From contig NIVC01002988.1 of the NCBI GenBank assembly GCA_002269645.1, positions 1-49,321 on the forward strand: a stretch of DNA of 49,321 nt, read 5' to 3'. Below, one piece after another: positions 12,401-28,834 of this stretch. The notes beneath the pieces are model-generated. The model saw nothing but the letters and a program-made list of their open reading frames with translations, did not search any database and was not told the origin of the DNA. The position numbers were made by a program, and so were the translations under genes. This DNA comes from Macrostomum lignano. Lineage: Eukaryota. Within the stretch, counting starts at the first letter, position 1. Each line of letters starts with the position of its first letter.

Positions 12401-15400
12401 TGCCGCCTCAGTAGCGGAAGAAATTCAATTGGCAAAGTGGTCGGCTGCTCAATCCATCAGTATCCTCTGCTTCATATCTCCCCGGTGTCTCCGTGCATTC
12501 TACTGTTCTTCTCTAAGCCAAGGCGTTTTTCTGTCTTGCCAAACTATTAAACCGGAAGCCGTTCTGCCTGGCGCAGCCGAACTCGCGAAGTCGGGAATCT
12601 CGCGCGTCATTCATGAGCAGACTGAGAGTTTCTACAAGTAGCCAAGCATCCCAAGCGACTTAAACTTCCCATAAGACGATGCTTCTCTGCTTATTAATTT
12701 ACACATTTGGCTGCTTCTTTATATTTGCTACACATACATGTACATCATTTACTTTTTGACTGTCTTGGAAAATGTCTTGAAAGCCAGGTTTTCAATTACT
12801 GGGCTGTGTGCACCTTGGCGCACTTTAAGCGACATTGTCACACAACCGGCGAGAGGCATTGCTGCCCATTCCGCCGACTCCCCTGAGAGCGGATACGTAC
12901 GCAGTCATACGCACAGGCACACACTCACACAGGAGTGTACAGCGGCCCTAACTTTATTTATCGTTAGGCATGTACACTTCACTGTGCCTTGATGGTTGGC
13001 CCTCAAAGCCGTTAATTGCACGAGCAGAGCCAAGCCAAGATTTCAATTTAGCCTCAAAAAATTAATGCGACTGCACTTGGAATCGAGCCTGGGCCGCTGG
13101 CACATCAGAGCGCAGCGCTAGACCACCCTGGCACAGTTCACATGCAGATTGGACCATATTATCAGTATTTCGTTAATTCAATACTAGCTCTGCTCCTGAC
13201 ATAACTGTTTAAACTGCGTTTATCTACGTGTATTATTTTTCCCGGGATATTTAACCTACACCACTTTCTTTCAATGTTATTTTTGACTAGTATTGTCAGT
13301 AAGACACGTGAGCATTTTTTACAAACGTATCTTAAAATGGCAACATTTCCAGGAAGACGCCAACCGCAGCTTCACGCTCTCCCTGCCGACGGCGGTGCAA
13401 CCAAGGCGGCACAGCGTCAACACGTCTCCGCAATCGGCAGCTGGCAGCTCCTCAGTAGCTTCATCATTCGCCGGGGCTCACGGCGGCAGCGGGTGCAGCG
13501 GTAGCGGCGGAAGTCTTGCCGCAGGCGGCACCACAGCTGAAGGTCATCAGTTCTTCTCGCCGCCCGGCTCCAAGCTGTCAAGCCGGAGACCGTCAACGTG
13601 CAACCTCACGCCGGTGCGTCCGCTGGAACGGGAATAGCTTGGGGCGGTCAATGGGCGGTCCATTGAAGCCTAATGAGAGCGTAGTTTCTGATATGATGGG
13701 GTTTTTATAAAAACACGAATGTTTCTGAAGCTAGAAGGTTATGTGGATTGATACGGGGGGGCATAAAAACCCGAAATATCACAACTCCGAAAACAAAAAG
13801 TACCGTTGGAGGTTGCTAGAACTTTTGGGGTTTGTGATATTTCGGGTTTGTGATATTTTGAGTTTGGGATATTTCAGGTTTTTGATATTTCGGGTTTGTG
13901 ATATTTCGGGTTTGTGATATTTCGGGTTTGTGATATTTCGGGTTTGTGATATTTCGGGTTTGTGATATTTCGGGTTTGTGATATTTCGGGTTTGTGATAT
14001 TTCGGGTTTGTGATATTTCGGGTGTGTGATATTTCGGGTTTGTGATATTTCGGGTTTGTGATACTTCGGGTGTGTGATATTTCGGGTTTGTGATATTTTG
14101 GGTTTGTGATATTTCGGGTTTGTGATATTTCGGGTTTGTGATATTTCGGGTTTGTGATATTTCGGGTTTGTGATATTTCGGGTTTGTGATACTTCTGGTT
14201 TGTGATATTTCGGGTTTGAGGTATTTCGGGTTTGTTATAATTCGGGTTTGTGATATTTCGGGTTTGTGATATTTTGGGTTTGTGATATTTCAGGTTTGTG
14301 ATATTTCGGGTTTGTGATATTTCGGGTTTGTGATATTTCGGGTGTGTGATTTTTCGGGTTTGTGATATTTCGGGTTTGTGATACTTTTGGTTTGTGATAT
14401 TTCGGGTTTGTGATATTTCGAGTTTGTGATATTTCGGGTTTGGGATATTTCGGGTGTGTGATATTTCGGGTTTGGGATATTTCGGGTTTGTGATATTTCG
14501 GGTTTGTGGTATTTCGGGTTTGTGGTATTTCGGGTTTGGGATATTTCGGGTTTATGATGTTTCGGGTTTGTGATATTTCGAGTTTGTGATATTTCGGGTT
14601 TGGGATATTTCGGGTGTGTGATATTTCGGGTTTGGGATATTTCGGGTTTGTGATATTTCGGGTTTGTGGTATTTCGGGTTTGTGGTATTTCGGGTTTGGG
14701 ATATTTCGGGTTTATGATGTGAAGTACTTTCGGAGTTGTGGTTTTTTGGGTTTGTGATGGTGCCTCATTGATACTACATATCGGCAAAATTTTGGTACCA
14801 GGGTTCCCCATGCCCTATACCACCCCCTGTAGACTAAGGCGCTCCACTTGGAGACTTACACTTAGTAAAATGACATTCATGTCCATCCAAAACTATCTAT
14901 TGAGTCCGGCAAACTGGATTCTGTGCTCAAGCGGAGTCAGCAGTGTTCTCTTGAAGTCTGAGAATAGCAACAACAACCCCTACATGACTGAACTGCTGCA
15001 GGATCGGGCTGCCGGTGACTCGGGCTCCTCAAGGCGATCCAGTTTCAATGCCCTCAGCGACACCGTGGTAAGCATATAACAGAATTATTATTATGATCTC
15101 CTATTACTTTCTTAAGATTGTACATGTCATTATCAGTCAACACAAAGCAGAGAAATCAGTTGGCTAAGACTCGTATCATATCTCTTCTGAGTCTGAGTCT
15201 TGCTCTCCGTTAGTTAGTTAGTTAGGAGAGTCTCACTCTCCATCGGAGGAGTCTCACTCTCCATCGGAGGAGTCTCACTCTCTATCGGAGGAGTCTCACT
15301 CTTAATCGAAGGAGTCTCACTCTCAAAAGAAGGAGTCTCACTCTCCATCGAAAGAGTCTCACTCTTAATCGAAGGAGTCTCACTCTCAATCGAAGGAGTC

Positions 15401-15632
15401 TCACTCTTAATCGAAGGAGTCTCACTCTCAATCGAAGGAGTCTCACTCTCCATTGGGTGAATCTCACCAGAGCTTACTTTATTGCTTCTCCAGCTAATAC
15501 GCAGGTAGTAAGTTTCGTTGGCAATTATAAAAATGTTGTTCTCTACTTCATGCTACTGATAGTAGAACCCATCATTGTGTTTTTTCACTCTTTCAGATGA
15601 ACTTCTTTTCTGGCAGCGGCAGAAATGGCTGA
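471..15632 (+). CDS. SCYL2: SCY1-like protein 2 (SCYL2-like pseudokinase/HEAT-repeat protein), 5' part outside the window
   Basis: Phase-compatible GT-AG exons 471-612, 1088-1219, 3190-3369, 3795-3917, 4069-4185, 4263-4395, 4468-4699 and 5253-5431. They give LPHELADSVEKLL..RHRP.AQMFSK|IKYFQDP, KRVVPLL..FVLPCLF, EDLLPLVFAMLE, RLILPK, QINALACIDQL..LEEILPFL and IYKHMLSDKKFG..IATKVLPHLIP, colinear with recalled SCYL2 (IPFFDD, FVLPNVL, VLPMVYRALE, VNSLVCLGK, DILPFL, KVLPHLIP). Less certain low-complexity tail exons: about 6605-6910, 10559-10671, about 11200-11638, about 12295-12460, 13353-13613, about 14833-15067, and terminal 15597-15632 (MNFFSGSGRNG*). One apparent 1-bp frameshift near 590. Confidence 0.85.
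733..883. repeat. About 44-bp unit, roughly 3.5 copies, containing CTGATTGGCT
   Basis: CGTCGCTG(A/T)TTGGCT-like core recurs near 733, 777, 821 and 866. Confidence 0.75.
1088..1219 (+). CDS. SCYL2: SCYL2-like exon (IKYFQDP...QFPK)
   Basis: TTGCAG acceptor, AAG|GTAAAA donor, phase 0/0. Confidence 0.85.
1490..2040. repeat. Pyrimidine-rich 15/17-bp minisatellite (CTCCTGAGTTCTCTTCT)n
   Basis: Direct periodicity; explains the spurious minus-strand ORF 1471-2136. Confidence 0.9.
2705..3097. repeat. 30/31-bp minisatellite (GAGCAGAGCAGGACTGAACCCCCCTTCTGA)n
   Basis: Direct periodicity, about 13 copies. Confidence 0.92.
3190..3369 (+). CDS. SCYL2: SCYL2-like HEAT-region exon
   Basis: TTTGCAG acceptor, CAG|GTGCGG donor, 60 codons. 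Confidence 0.85.
3795..4699 (+). CDS. SCYL2: SCYL2-like HEAT-region exons 3795-3917, 4069-4185, 4263-4395, 4468-4699
   Basis: Four exons with GT-AG introns, matching phases and a continuous SCYL2-like translation. Confidence 0.88.
6137..6481 (+). repeat. 42-bp G-rich minisatellite with a G-quadruplex motif in each unit
   Basis: Unit GTGGCTGTCGGAGCTTGGGGTTAGGGAGGGCTAGGGAGTGAG, about 8 copies. Confidence 0.92.
7988..7993 (-). promoter_or_regulatory. Candidate polyadenylation signal of the peptide-precursor gene
   Basis: AATAAA on the minus strand downstream of the stop at 8137. Confidence 0.45.
8137..9105 (-). CDS. Secreted multi-copy peptide precursor (prohormone-like): signal peptide plus 21 x FSS[P/L/S]GTYDW flanked by KKKR
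   Basis: ATG start; N-terminus MRRAVACVVILTWILCEVRS|A fits the basic/hydrophobic/small-residue signal-peptide pattern; KAKR precedes the first peptide; 21 perfect 39-bp units; nucleotide variants are largely synonymous in this frame; AATAAA lies about 145 nt after the stop. Confidence 0.85.
   Translation of the reverse strand: MRRAVACVVILTWILCEVRSAEMTQNQHLTESKGDLEKAKRFSSPGTYDWKKKRFSSPGTYDWKKKRFSSPGTYDWKKKRFSSPGTYDWKKKRFSSPGTYDWKKKRFSSLGTYDWKKKRFSSSGTYDWKKKRFSSPGTYDWKKKRFSSPGTYDWKKKRFSSPGTYDWKKKRFSSPGTYDWKKKRFSSPGTYDWKKKRFSSLGTYDWKKKRFSSSGTYDWKKKRFSSPGTYDWKKKRFSSPGTYDWKKKRFSSPGTYDWKKKRFSSSGTYDWKKKRFSSPGTYDWKKKRFSSPGTYDWKKKSFSSPGTYDWKKKRFSSSGSRG
13353..13613 (+). CDS. Probable SCYL2-like Ser/Gly-rich tail exon
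   Basis: TTTCCAG acceptor, CCG|GTGCGT donor, open frame EDANRSF...CNLTP. Confidence 0.6.
13827..14755. repeat. 16-bp minisatellite (GATATTTCGGGTTTGT)n
   Basis: Direct periodicity, more than 50 copies. Confidence 0.95.
15225..15452. repeat. 21-bp minisatellite (GGAGTCTCACTCTCAATCGAA)n
   Basis: Direct periodicity, about 10 copies, in the last SCYL2-like intron. Confidence 0.92.
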
Positions 15633-17977
15633 AACAAAAGTAAAAAAATCCGCATGCATTGGGTTCGAAGATAATCTTTGATGGTCGAATGGTCAAAAAA
15701 TGTTACCAATATTCATTAGCATGAGATGAATTTTTTCCTGCTTGCTTAAATTGTCATTTATCATTAGGCAATTTGAAAAAAACAATCCAATGTAAACTGA
15801 AGTTTTTATCGGTTCAAATATATATTCTTTTCTGCTACAAGGAGTGATCGCTTGAGCATGGATAACTTAAAGCAGAAGAACGCTGTACTCTCGAATCGTG
15901 CAGATTTTGGCGAGATGGGAAGTTTTCAGTGTTTTCAGCACTGAATCCCCAATATGTCACTCAAGGACTATCCGAACTCCAAATTGAAAATCAGCCTGTT
16001 GAAATAAGTTTAATAAACTTGTGAGCAATACTCAACGCACTGCACACTTCCTTTGTTTGCAATTCGGAGTTCAGGCGGCATATTTAAAGTTTGTTTTTAG
16101 AAACTAAAAACATTCCTAAATTTGCACGATTTTGCGAGTGTAGCGTTCTTCTAAATGTACTTTAGTTGTCCGTGTACGTTTTTGACAGGTACATGGTAAT
16201 ATCGCTATACCTGGAAAAGTGTACGGCTAGTAAGAAAAGCAATCACAGGTTTTTTTTGTACTTTTCTATTGTTGCCGTGAAACCATGGTTTTGAACACGC
16301 GATATTGGTGTCTGTCACAATCAGTAACAACTTCGATGCATGCGCCATCATTGACCTGCTGGAGAACATATTTTTGCAAACAGCTTTGTACTTTAAAATA
16401 TATTAGCAAATTTGCACTTCATTTTGTGTTGTAATGAAACCTGAATGAACAAATTACACATAAAATTGCTGGTTGTCTCAGAATTAGCTCGTTCTTATTT
16501 TAATTCGCTTCTGTTCTGCAATTTTTTTCCATTGCCTTAGAGGTTACGATCCTATAACATTATCTACGGCATGCTGGCTTACTGAGTTCTCTCTCACCCT
16601 CTCTCCCTTGTTGCCATGGTTCACCGATAGACTCCTCAATTCTATCCTTCAGTCTCCATCTGTTCTCATGCTGTACACTCGCGGCCTGCAGTCCACGTGA
16701 GTACTGATGAGGGACGGAGAGGCGCGTTATTGGCCAATGACAACAGCATCATTCTGTCTGTATCATTTGCATTGTGCTCAGCAAATTATAGGCCTGCAGG
16801 ATGCCCTGTAGCAGTGCTATTGCCTACCCAACCTACTCATCCAGTTTCAACTCTGTTCTCTCTCCTCTCCGCATTCGCTGCATTGAGCTTGACCCATACA
16901 GCCCACCTCCCGCCCGTCACGAAGACAGGGCGTGGCTCAAGTGAGCAAGGGGCCATAGGGGCGACGGCCTGAGCTGATACAGTTTACGCGTATAATAGAC
17001 CACAATGCCTTTCTCGGCAACGGTCTGTAATCTACGCTATTGCAGCACCATTGTTTTGCGCCTCTCTTTCTATCTTAGCCACGCGTCTGACGTCGTACAA
17101 AACGAGACAAGTTTATTGAACGAGTAGCCTCGCGGTTAAGGCCATCTGGTTGAGTAGTCGGAGCTTAATTAAGAGTTCGCGTGGTCGGGGCTTTGCCTGG
17201 AAACAGAGACAAACAACAAGCTTGAATTAGCTCTCCTTATAACTGCTCTCAGGCAAATCACTCTTGTCTCTGCTGGTTTAGCAACGGCCCGGACATTTCA
17301 TTTGTTTTGATTTGTATACTAATCGAAAGTTTGTTTGGCCAGCAAAAACATAAATAAATGACAGAGACAAAAATATCGAGTTATACCTTAGCATTGACTC
17401 ATGCTCGCAAACAGTAAGAAAGGTTTTATTAAAAATCTGTGTAGCCTTTTGGAACTACAGGGATTGCTGGTGATATTCAATCACGCCTTCGAATGTTATA
17501 TTATACTCGTACTAGCTAGCAGGTGCGGGAACTCGAAGTTTAGCACGCAAAATGAATCAAATCATTATTGAATAGTTAGGCAGGAGATTAGTTATTAAGG
17601 AGGTACGGCACATTAGAAACAGAGCTGAAAGCGGTCAAAGCTGACAGACAGGTGACAGGTGGTTAAGAAAATGTCTAGAAGAAATCAGTTTAAAAAATCA
17701 ATGTTAAAAGCAGGGTTTATCGGGACTGGCCCGTATGCACGTTTCATAATTCGCATCTGTGCAACATTCTCGTTTTAGATCCAGTAAAATCTGAAATTCA
17801 GCGTTCGGATGTGGCTTATGAAACGCGCATTTCCTAAAATCTAAGTAGGGAAGATTCTACAGACTAAAATTAATACGCAATATTTTTAAATGAACCACAC
17901 ACAGGCTGGGGCTGTTCTTTTGGTTCAGAGAGACAGCTACATGCGTAGTTCAAGGGTAAAATGCACAGCTGATAAAA

Positions 17978-17983
17978 TTTATT
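17978..17983 (-). promoter_or_regulatory. Candidate polyadenylation signal of UGCG
   Basis: AATAAA on the minus strand about 125 nt after the stop. Confidence 0.45.
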
Positions 17984-18107
17984 ATTTAAGTGGACGCATC
18001 TCATCGTGTGGGTAAAACTGGGACCTCGTCAGCTGTGCGACGTAGTCATCTAGCAGACAGGTTGGCTTGGAATTGTCATCATCTACCGCGCACGCATGCA
18101 GACGCTG

Positions 18108-19450
18108 TCAAACCGCCTGCTTGGCAGCGCTGAGGTTGACAGGCAGGCCTGGCAGCTCCACCGTGTTGCCGCCCCACTGCAACCGGAAGCGCTTGTCCCG
18201 CCAGACAATCTCTGAGTGGAAGAGCGATCGAACCACCGTGATCGGCTGGGTTCCGATCGAGAATAGCCACGTGAACATGAACGCCAGCCGGCTGAACATG
18301 AGCGGCTCGGCCGGGTCCAGACAGCTGCACAGCAGGGTATAGTCGGCCAGCAACCAGATCAGGCAGTGGGTTAGTAAGTACACAATCGGATTGACCAGGC
18401 TCGGAAGCAGGAAAGCGAACGCCCAGGCACCCATGGCGCCGGACACGAGGCACTCGGCAAGCATCTCGAGTACCACCTGGAGAGCAGTAGGGAACTTGCA
18501 TAAACTTTGGAAATCCCAATACACTAAAACTGGATGGTTATTAGCAGTCATTGAGCGCCGCATTTACTCACCAGCTGTGGCACCATTGCGACGCGCAGCT
18601 GCAGCCAGCGTATCAGACGCCTACGCAGACCTCTAACTTCTCCACTGCCGTCCTGCAGCGCGGGATAGTGCGACAGCGTCATCTTGTAACCGTTGTCAAT
18701 GAAGTGCTGCGCCACGAAGAAATCCTCGGCTAGGTAGCGGCCGAAGTAGGCGAGACCGCCCGGCTTCTTGTCGATGATGGGCTTGCGCAGCAGGCAGGAC
18801 ATTCCCGTGCAGCAGTTGATCCCCAGACAGTGGGCGCTAATGTAAAACTTGGCATGCGTGCAGCCGAAATGCGTGGAATGGGCCAAGTTGCGAAAGCCAG
18901 GTCGCTGCTCAATGAATGGCATCTGGTGGACAATTCCGATGTCCTTTTGCGACATGCACCAAACCATGTCCATCAGCGCCTCTGGTCGCATTTTAACGCC
19001 GCTGTCTGAGACCATCACGAGGTCGTACTTTGCTGCCGAGTAGCCCTGCATCATGTTGTTGATCTTGGGATTGACGTTGTGACGCACAGGTGACGTAAAT
19101 ACCCGGGTGTCTACTTTGGGGTACTTTTGCATCAGTGTGTCCACCACCATAGTGACGGCATCGTCCGCGCTCTCCAGGCAGAACAGCAGCTCGTAACGGG
19201 GATAGTCCAGCCTGAAGTAGGTCTCCAGGTTGCTGTACACATTCTTGTCTATGCCAACCAGCGGCTTGATGATGGACACGCCGGGCAGGCCGGCCTCGAC
19301 AGCAGCCGGCTCGAAAGCTACCTTCTTGTAGAAGTGGGATCTTGCGAAAATGATGGCCATTGTGTGGGAAAAAACCAGCAGGAACAGAATGACCATCACG
19401 CCAGCAACGATTGCCAGCTGGACAAAGTAGACCCAGTTGTAGTACGGCAT
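18108..19450 (-). CDS. UGCG: Ceramide glucosyltransferase (glucosylceramide synthase, GT21), 415 aa, exons 19450-18572 and 18476-18108
   Basis: N-terminal TM helix; GVSIIKPLVG; NPKINNM; SDSG; H in CTHAKFY; TGMSCLLRK; YLAEDFF; RxxRW (RRLIRW); C-terminal WRDKRFRLQWGG; 95-bp intron GTGAGT...CTCCAG in phase 0. Confidence 0.96.
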
Positions 19451-20817
19451 GCTGAGACTGCTGAGACGCGCAAGCGAATTCGGATACCGCGATTGCTTTT
19501 AGTTTTGATGTCCGTTTCTGTTGTGGTTTCTTTGCGAACGTTTCTTTCTGTTAAATTATAAAATCTCGGTTGCAGTCACGAATTAAAAAGTCACTCACGG
19601 TCGCCTTCTGCTTGATCTATATAAAAAGGCTTTCTATTTATCTTAATAATTGAGGAATTGGAAGGAGAGACTCAGGGAAGATGGGGGAAAGGGAACTGAT
19701 TTTGACACAAGGGATAGAAAAGGAGGAAGGGTTAGGAAGGAGCAGGGATGAGCAGTGAGCAAGCAGAGTTTGTGGGGAGCATCTCAATTAATAACCTAGA
19801 GCTTGAATGGAATGCGTTGGGAGGGGGGGTCGCCCTTGCTCTAGGCAACCGGCCACACAACAGAGGGGTAGAGAGGGCCGGAGTACAGGCTGGGGCTGTA
19901 CAGAAATATCCAGAATTTCTCACCACCCTTCATTCGCTGTACATTAGGCAGGCCATGCACAGCAGATAGCGGGCGGTGAGTAAGTAATATCTGAGTCTAA
20001 GAAACCAACGGACTATACTTGAGCAGGCCCCATGAGGAGGGCGTATTGTGGGTTACCAAAGCAAGAGGCATTGCATGAAAGTGCCTGTCGCCGAGATTTG
20101 CAAGTACGCTCCCCTAGTTGAGAGAGCAAGAGCAAACTTTTCATAGCCTAGCTTGCTCTGTTATATCAAATAGTTCGCTTGAACTTGGGTGCGTGCGCAC
20201 GAAGTTTTCTCATACAAAACTACTTATTACTGATGGCGAAGAATCTTAGCAAAGTGCTCTTCTGATGACAACGCATCAATTGTTCTTTGCAATAGTCTCT
20301 TTATTTGCAGTAGTTATTCTTTGCAGAAAGTATCTTTCTCAGATATTCTCAGACAAGCGTGTCTCTGCGTTCCATTAACTTGCATAATTTTGCATAACCA
20401 GCTGCCATGTTGGCAATGGGCCATGCAGACTCTTTATGGGATTTAAACGTTGGGTTCCGTTTTCTAAATTTGAAAGCAATATTGAAGAATTATACGATAC
20501 GAACAATTGATTGCATTTTCACTCGAGGATCCGAGGGGGTGGTCAGCTGACCCCGACTCCACTTTATGTTTTATTATATAGAGTCTGTGTGTACTGAGTT
20601 TAGTTTTCATATTGCTTTTATCAAAACTCTGTCTGTATTTCATAAGCCCAAATATGTCTTTAGTTTAATCGAAAATCGAAATGTACGCGGTATTGCTGTT
20701 TGTCAAAGTGCATGGCGCAGCCAATATTTTTAATGAAGTATTAATCAAGGACCAGGATAAAGTGGTCCTTTGGTAATATTAATGTGTTATACATGTAATG
20801 CTAAGATCTGCTATAGT

Positions 20818-21591
20818 ATCTCCGGTTGGACGTCAACCGGAGAGGCGGCTCAGCGTGCTTGGCTACGCCGACGACCTCGCCCTACTGTCCTCTTGTCGAG
20901 GGCGCCCAGCGACAACTGGACAAGCTAGTTGCTGTTGCGGCGAGTGTCGGCCTGGTGGTCAACACGCAGAAGGACTGTGTTGTGCTCTGCGTGCCGGACG
21001 ACATCGATTTTGTGCCGAGGCGCTGATGCACAGAGCACAGGTGAGAGAGCTTCCACGTTGTCAGCAGTTCGTCTACCTCGGCGGTCTGGTTCCCGGCGTC
21101 CGTGAGGATTTGCGGCGTCGCCGCGGGCTTGCCTGGGCTGCCTTTCCTTCTGTGAGGGCAGTCCTGCAGTCCGAGGCCTTACCTGACCGCCAGAGGGCGG
21201 CGTGTTGTTCCAGGCGGTGATCGAGACCTGGACGCTGACGGAGTCGCTCGAGCAACAAGTTGACGCGGCGCACGCTGGCCTGCTGCGCGCCGCCTTCAAG
21301 ATCGGCTACGAGCGAGTGACCATGCAACGCGGCTTTTGTATCGCCGCGCCGGCCTGGTCCATCCAAGCGACGTGTTGCGCCAGCTGGCAGGCCACATCAT
21401 CCGCGCCGAGTCGTACTGCCCATAGCCGGTGCAGGAGGTGCTGCTGCTAAACGCTGCAGACACCCTCCGGTGGGGCAGGCGCGCACTCGGGCGTTTCGTC
21501 GACTGCCTGCAGGCTGACGCCGGCGCCCCGGATTCGGCCGGCGGCGTGGCGTTTATTCGCGACCTGGCCTTGAGCGCGCCCTGTGACGCTA
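20818..21591 (+). mobile_element. 5'-truncated, frameshifted RTE-clade LINE (3' part of RT); its 3' tip is displaced to 26744-26769
   Basis: GYADDLALLS, FVYLGG, RRRGLAWAAF and ETWTLT motifs across shifted frames; 9-bp direct repeat TGCTATAGT at 20809-20817 and 26770-26778; (TTG)4 tail at 26760-26771. Confidence 0.8.
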
Positions 21592-21680
21592 CTTACTTAC
21601 TTACTACTGACGGGGGGCGCAGGCGCCGCGAATAGGCCGCGAGGCCCCTATCGCAACCCCAAGGTAAAAGAGCACAAGGA

Positions 21681-26396
<4,716 letters not shown>

Positions 26397-27722
26397 TCAG
26401 GTGGTTTTGATTTATCCATGCAGAGTAGGCTGAAATGGAAAAACTGAAATGTAGAAAAGAGGGGGGGTAACCGCTCGGGGACTGGATATACCCCCAGCCA
26501 GCTCCGTGGAGCTACCCTCGGCCACGGTAAACAGCAGAGAAGCTTTGGGTTGCCGTCTTATCCCAGGATTGCTCCCAGGCGAGGCTCCGGCAGGCCCCCG
26601 GTCCACACTCTGCAAGATCAGGGGGCGGGAGGCCGGCTGCGGGCTTGGGACACAGGCGCCAGGTCGAGTTGACAGCCGACGCCCGAGCCCTCCCCAACAA
26701 GAGCGGCCCTCGAGAACCCGTGTGGTACCAGTTCCTAACGCTAACTGCGTATTCTCTTATTGTTGTTGTTGCTATAGTGTATCTGATATACTGTTATAGT
26801 GCGGTCCTAGCCCTTGGTAAAATGATGTTAAAACTATGTTTACAGAAAGATACGGAAAGTAAATTTACGTATTTAGGAATGAGTACGATATATGATGATT
26901 ATATTAGATAATAATGCAATAATGCAATAAATGTATTATTGTAAAGTACATGTAAGTACAGTCCTACAGTGGTAACATATAAAGCGGGAAAGCCTTTCGA
27001 CTTCTGTTTTGTATAATTATTAGGATATTTTAATTAAAAATAAAAATTGAAGAATAAAAAGCGTGTATACGACATTTATTTGAACTTTTTTAGACTTTTT
27101 GTTAAATATTTTGACAACTCATCGCACAGTTTAAATCTATTTTTTTCTACGAAGCAGTGGTGCGCTCCACAGTGCGATCGTACCTCAGCCGCTGATCCTG
27201 ACCGGGCTGATAATATAAGTGATAAAGCATCTTATTATAGAATATAATATGAGGGTTTTGGTTATGGATATCATTAAAACTTTTATTATATTATTAGTGA
27301 CAATTCAGTTACAGTAACTTTTTGTGTACGACGTTATAGTTAATTATTTGTAAGGAGATTACCACTGCATGCATAAGGCATTAGACGGCATTATTAGTAA
27401 ATGTTGGCAATGTAACATTGTAGTGTGGCTTAGGATTCAGTTGATATAAAAACAGAACTCGGTATCCAGCCTCAGGTACAGATAGGCCTATTGTGGCTTG
27501 CTCAACACAAAATAAGTTTATAAATATAATTTAACATTTAGTGCAACATAAATTAACAAGTTTTTGATTTCTGGATAGAAGCTCCCAACTCAATCATGTC
27601 ATCATGAGTCTTGGCCCCTTTAACTCAAATGATTTAGACAGAAATGCTATAGGCTTAAAGATGGGCAATTGGCATGATGATTTATTTTGATAGTTAAATT
27701 GAATAATGATTGATAAATGGAA

Positions 27723-28360
27723 TAGATTTATCAAAAGGTAATGCTTATCCCCACAATACTATAAGAATAATTTGTCTTACTCCTACAGTACTGTGGGGAT
27801 AATTTTCTGCTTATCTGCATGGCACATAGGCAAGATAACCACCCTATTGATCTATATATGCTATGCTATGCTGTGGGAATAATTTTTATCTTATCCAAAT
27901 AGCATACTAACAAGATAGCTGTCCTATCTTATATATATAATTTTGCTTTATTATTTATTATTTTATTATTTTTACTTCTACAAAACAAATGATCAAGCAA
28001 AGTTTTACTACAATTAGACTATAGGCTTTACTACTAAGTAACAAACTAAATTATTCTATATGCCTATATCTATAAGAAGATAGGACAGACTTTTTTGTCC
28101 TTGTACCATGAGGATAAGACATTACTTATTCCCTATAGTATTTGTAAGAAGATATGACAGCTATCTTATCAGTGTGCCATATGGATAGGACAAAAACTAT
28201 TATTATAGCATATGTTATAACTTATATCAATTAATAGGATGGCTATCTTGCCTGTGTGCCATGTGGATTAAGCAAAAAAGTATTCTCATAGTATTGCAGG
28301 AATAACACAGAAATTATTCCTATGGTACTATAGGAATAAGCACTGCTTTATCAAAATCTA
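27723..28360. mobile_element. Degenerate long inverted repeat (fold-back/MITE-like), arms about 27723-27935 and 28135-28360
   Basis: For example ATGGCACATAGGCAAGATAACCACCCTATT (left arm) is the near reverse complement of AATAGGATGGCTATCTTGCCTGTGTGCCAT (right arm). Confidence 0.65.
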
Positions 28361-28834
28361 TTAAACTATTAGAGTAGAGCTAAATAAATTAAGACAGAAG
28401 AAACAAATAGAATATAAAGTTGAAAACAATGATAATATCTGATAGACCAGACCTATTTTGACCTTAACTTGAGTTTTAAGTTAGGCCCTTGTATAATTTA
28501 TAGTTTGAAAATAAAGTAGGTTTAATAATAATAAAAAAATAATTTTAAGGACAATAGGAACTTTTTTCCTTTGCATGTTTAATCATTTTTTTAAAATTAT
28601 AGTTTCCATTTAGTTTAACAATGAATACTATAATAGATTGAATAGAAAGATTGATGAGTTTTAGCAGATAAACTAGTACTTAGCACCCTTGTTGGGGAGC
28701 CAACAAAAATGGAATACAATTTTTTAATAAACTACATTTAGCTTCTTCTTGCAATAACCTTAGCAATTCCCCTTGTAAGCCTTAACATCTTAACAATTCC
28801 CCCAATGAGCCTTGAATCTCAGCAATTTCAACTA

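Noticed and set aside
16700-16740. CTGATGAG hammerhead core
   Set aside because: No stem II followed by GAAA downstream
17120-17200. tRNA/SINE-like A-box (TAGCCTCGCGGTTAAGG)
   Set aside because: No proper B-box or cloverleaf
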